Below are positions 61,787 through 64,000 of a DNA stretch of 64,000 nt, piece after piece. The notes under the pieces were generated by a model. It searched no databases. It was not told the origin of the DNA and saw only the letters and a program-made list of their open reading frames with translations. The position numbers were made by a program, and so were the translations under genes. How positions within the stretch are numbered: the stretch's first letter is position 1; the number at the start of each line of letters is the position of its first letter. The stretch covers positions 62,434,001-62,498,000 of the forward strand of contig CM075982.1 of NCBI GenBank assembly GCA_038087875.1. The letters run 5' to 3'. The DNA comes from Malacoraja senta. Taxonomy: Eukaryota.

Positions 61787-62157
61787 AATAGCAGTGGGGA
61801 AGAAGCATTCTCACGTCTACACCAGTGATAAACCGTACAACTGTAAAGTAAGAGGCTGCGACAAGTCATACACTCACCCTAGTTCTCTTCGCAAACACAT
61901 GAAAGCTCACTGCAAATCTCCTCCCCCTCCCGCTAGCTCAGGCTATGAGCTTTCAAACACATTCCTGGGGATGGTGTCCCCAGCCGCAGAGACAGTCAGG
62001 GGCCGCACTGCCAGGGTGTCCTCGCAAGTAACTAACCTCAACGAATGGTACGTCTGTCAGAGAAGCGGGGCGGCCAACACCTTCCAACAATGGCACCTCG
62101 TCCGACACCGAGGATGAGGAAGTTTACACGAACTCTGATCCCAGAACGATGCTCTGA
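61787..62157 (+). pseudogene. zic5: Degenerate terminal exon of a Zic-family C2H2 zinc-finger gene (Zic4/5/6 subgroup, C-terminus most like ZIC5)
   Basis: Translates as N-S-S-[frameshift][43 protein letters not shown]...[19 protein letters not shown]. After a second frameshift at ~62077 it reads [26 protein letters not shown] (TGA 62155-62157), matching the ZIC5-type tail (HTPSSNGTTSETEDEE). Family assignment is confident; the paralog (zic5 vs zic4/zic6) is not. Confidence 0.85.
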
Positions 62158-63550
62158 CATAGGTGCGTTGGAGAAGTGTGCAAGTGGGCAAGAGTCAACG
62201 CAGGGTTAGTGGCAATGGAGCCCATCAACTAAAGGCAGCTAGGATGTCCAATGATGACCATCTTACACCAGCTAGATTCAAACCTCGTAGGAAAGGAATT
62301 TAAGGGCTAAGTATCGGTTCTTAGGCAACTTTTTGGCCTCCGTGTCAGTCAGAATTATTGTGTGTACTTCGAGGTAATAGAGAATCGCTATCTCATTTAC
62401 TTTCAGACTATAGATATTGATTTTCTGAAATCAGACGTGACTTAAATAGATAAAACATATCATCAGACCCATTTCGGACTGGCAATAGAATCTTCGACCC
62501 ACGAGAAACACCTCGCTTCTTGGAAGTGATACATACATAGCCGATCTTTGCTTACTTCCAAATTAGAGACCATTGTCCGAAAGAAGGGAAATTCTACAAT
62601 TCTGTGAAATCTTCATGACTACAATCCCTGGAGGGAATCAAAACGGCCATAGCCTTGTGTTCAGTGAAATGACACAGTGCCACCACGTTCGGTAACGAAG
62701 CACGAGCGACATTCTATTTACACATCCCTAACATACAAAGCTGAATTCGGACTTTCCTGCTATATGTGAAAAGAGTCTTCTATCAGTAAGAGTGAAACTC
62801 ACAAGTACTCTATTTGACCCTGAAATCAGAATCGACAATATCTCAACCCTTAAATCCAAGAGCTCTAGGATTCTTTTGTGTGATCTTCTATCCGTCATGG
62901 TAAAGTCAAAAATCTCATATTTTACACATAATTATTCAGGCCTTCAGACAAACAAACTAAAGGGCACTAATATGTCCTTAGAGGCCAGAAGATGCAAAAA
63001 TTGACAAGCCTATCCCTGTAGGATTTGTACATCATTGTTGTGGGCAGCAAGTCGTTGATGTAATCGTTAGCTATCTTAAGATTTTGTCCAGAAATGCTCT
63101 TTTATTTGTAAACTATAATTTATTGCTGATGTGTCATATCTTTCTGCGATAGTACAGACACACCAAAGAATTATATTATTACGTTTGGTGCGGTTTTGTG
63201 GTGTTTATGAATCTGTGGTTTCGTCAGACAATTTAATTTTTGATTAATTGAATGAAATGTAAAATGTGAAAAGTAAAATATGTGATTGTTTATTTCTACT
63301 CAGTGTTGGTTAATCATTGTAACTACAGTATTGGTCCATGTTATGATCATGATGCATGTTGCAGTCATCTTGTATTTCCCTTGCATTGACAAACGCCACC
63401 CAGAACTCCTGATTGAAAAAAAATGCAACAAAGACAGTTCCTTTATTGAAATGAATGGTCCACGTGTACTTTGTGTTTCAGTGAAAGAGGTTACACCGTG
63501 TGACAGTGTATTTTCCAATTGTGAATAAAGAGATATTGTTTTTCCTCTGT
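62158..63550 (+). other. Probable 3' UTR of the Zic-like exon
   Basis: Follows the ancestral stop. No recognisable TE, AU-rich blocks at ~63100-63130, AATAAA at 63524-63529. Confidence 0.5.
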
Positions 63551-64000
63551 TTTAATAATCGTATTCCATATTAAATGTCTAAATCCTAACAAAATGTCAA
63601 AACGTGATTTTTTTGGGGGGGTCTGCGGATGTAGCAACACTCAACTCGATCTTCGATAGTGAAGAATCGAGTAATCTCAGCCAATGATGGAAAGCCGGAT
63701 GAATTCAGGCCCCGGGAGTGAGTTTTATGTTTATATGTTTATTGTTGCACAAGGACCTCTGCCTCTGTGCAAATATTTACCTGTTCAATGGCAGAATGGG
63801 AGACATGTAAGAGGCAGGTTGAAGAAGCTACCTGGATACAATTGGCAGCCGGATGTAAAACAGTTCACAATATTATCTGTAATCGTTATTTGAAAACGAC
63901 GTAAAAAAGGCAAGCAAAAAAGTCACATTTGTTTTCGGAAATCAAAATGTTCTGGAGTCCAAAATTGCAGGGAAACTGGGAGATATATTGGTTGAGGCGA

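Noticed and set aside
61719-62117. The listed 132-aa ORF as an intact gene
   Set aside because: Its first ~27 and last ~13 residues are out-of-frame, non-Zic sequence, and only one complete finger remains.
1-64000. CRISPR arrays, operons or other prokaryotic systems
   Set aside because: The sequence is vertebrate genomic DNA. The repeats are dispersed TEs, not regularly spaced repeat-spacer units.

Overview
Repeat-dense vertebrate genomic DNA, almost certainly from an elasmobranch (skate, ray or shark). That assignment is inferred from the abundant HE1-type tRNA-derived V-SINEs whose 3' tail matches CR1/HER1-type LINEs. There is no intact host gene. Most of the window is decayed, nested transposable elements: CR1, L2, Rex1/Babar and Penelope-like (GIY-YIG) retroelements, more than 25 SINE copies, two candidate solo LTRs, and non-autonomous DNA transposons (nine Harbinger-type MITEs with TTA/TAA TSDs, two elements with 8-bp TSDs, one CCCAG-ended mini element). 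There are two N gaps. The only host-gene sequence I recognise is the terminal exon of a Zic4/5/6-subgroup zinc-finger gene with a ZIC5-like C-terminus (61787-62157). It looks pseudogenised: no 5' part of the exon, two frameshifts, a His-to-Tyr change at a zinc ligand, and no exon 1 or partner Zic gene in the 61 kb upstream. The other main points of interest are minimal hammerhead-ribozyme cores in the Penelope-derived short repeats, a P-like MITE with an internal hairpin enclosing a third TIR copy, and a locally templated insertion. I see no good evidence for a wholly new biological system. All family assignments come from recalled motifs, not database searches, and boundaries of degraded repeats are approximate.
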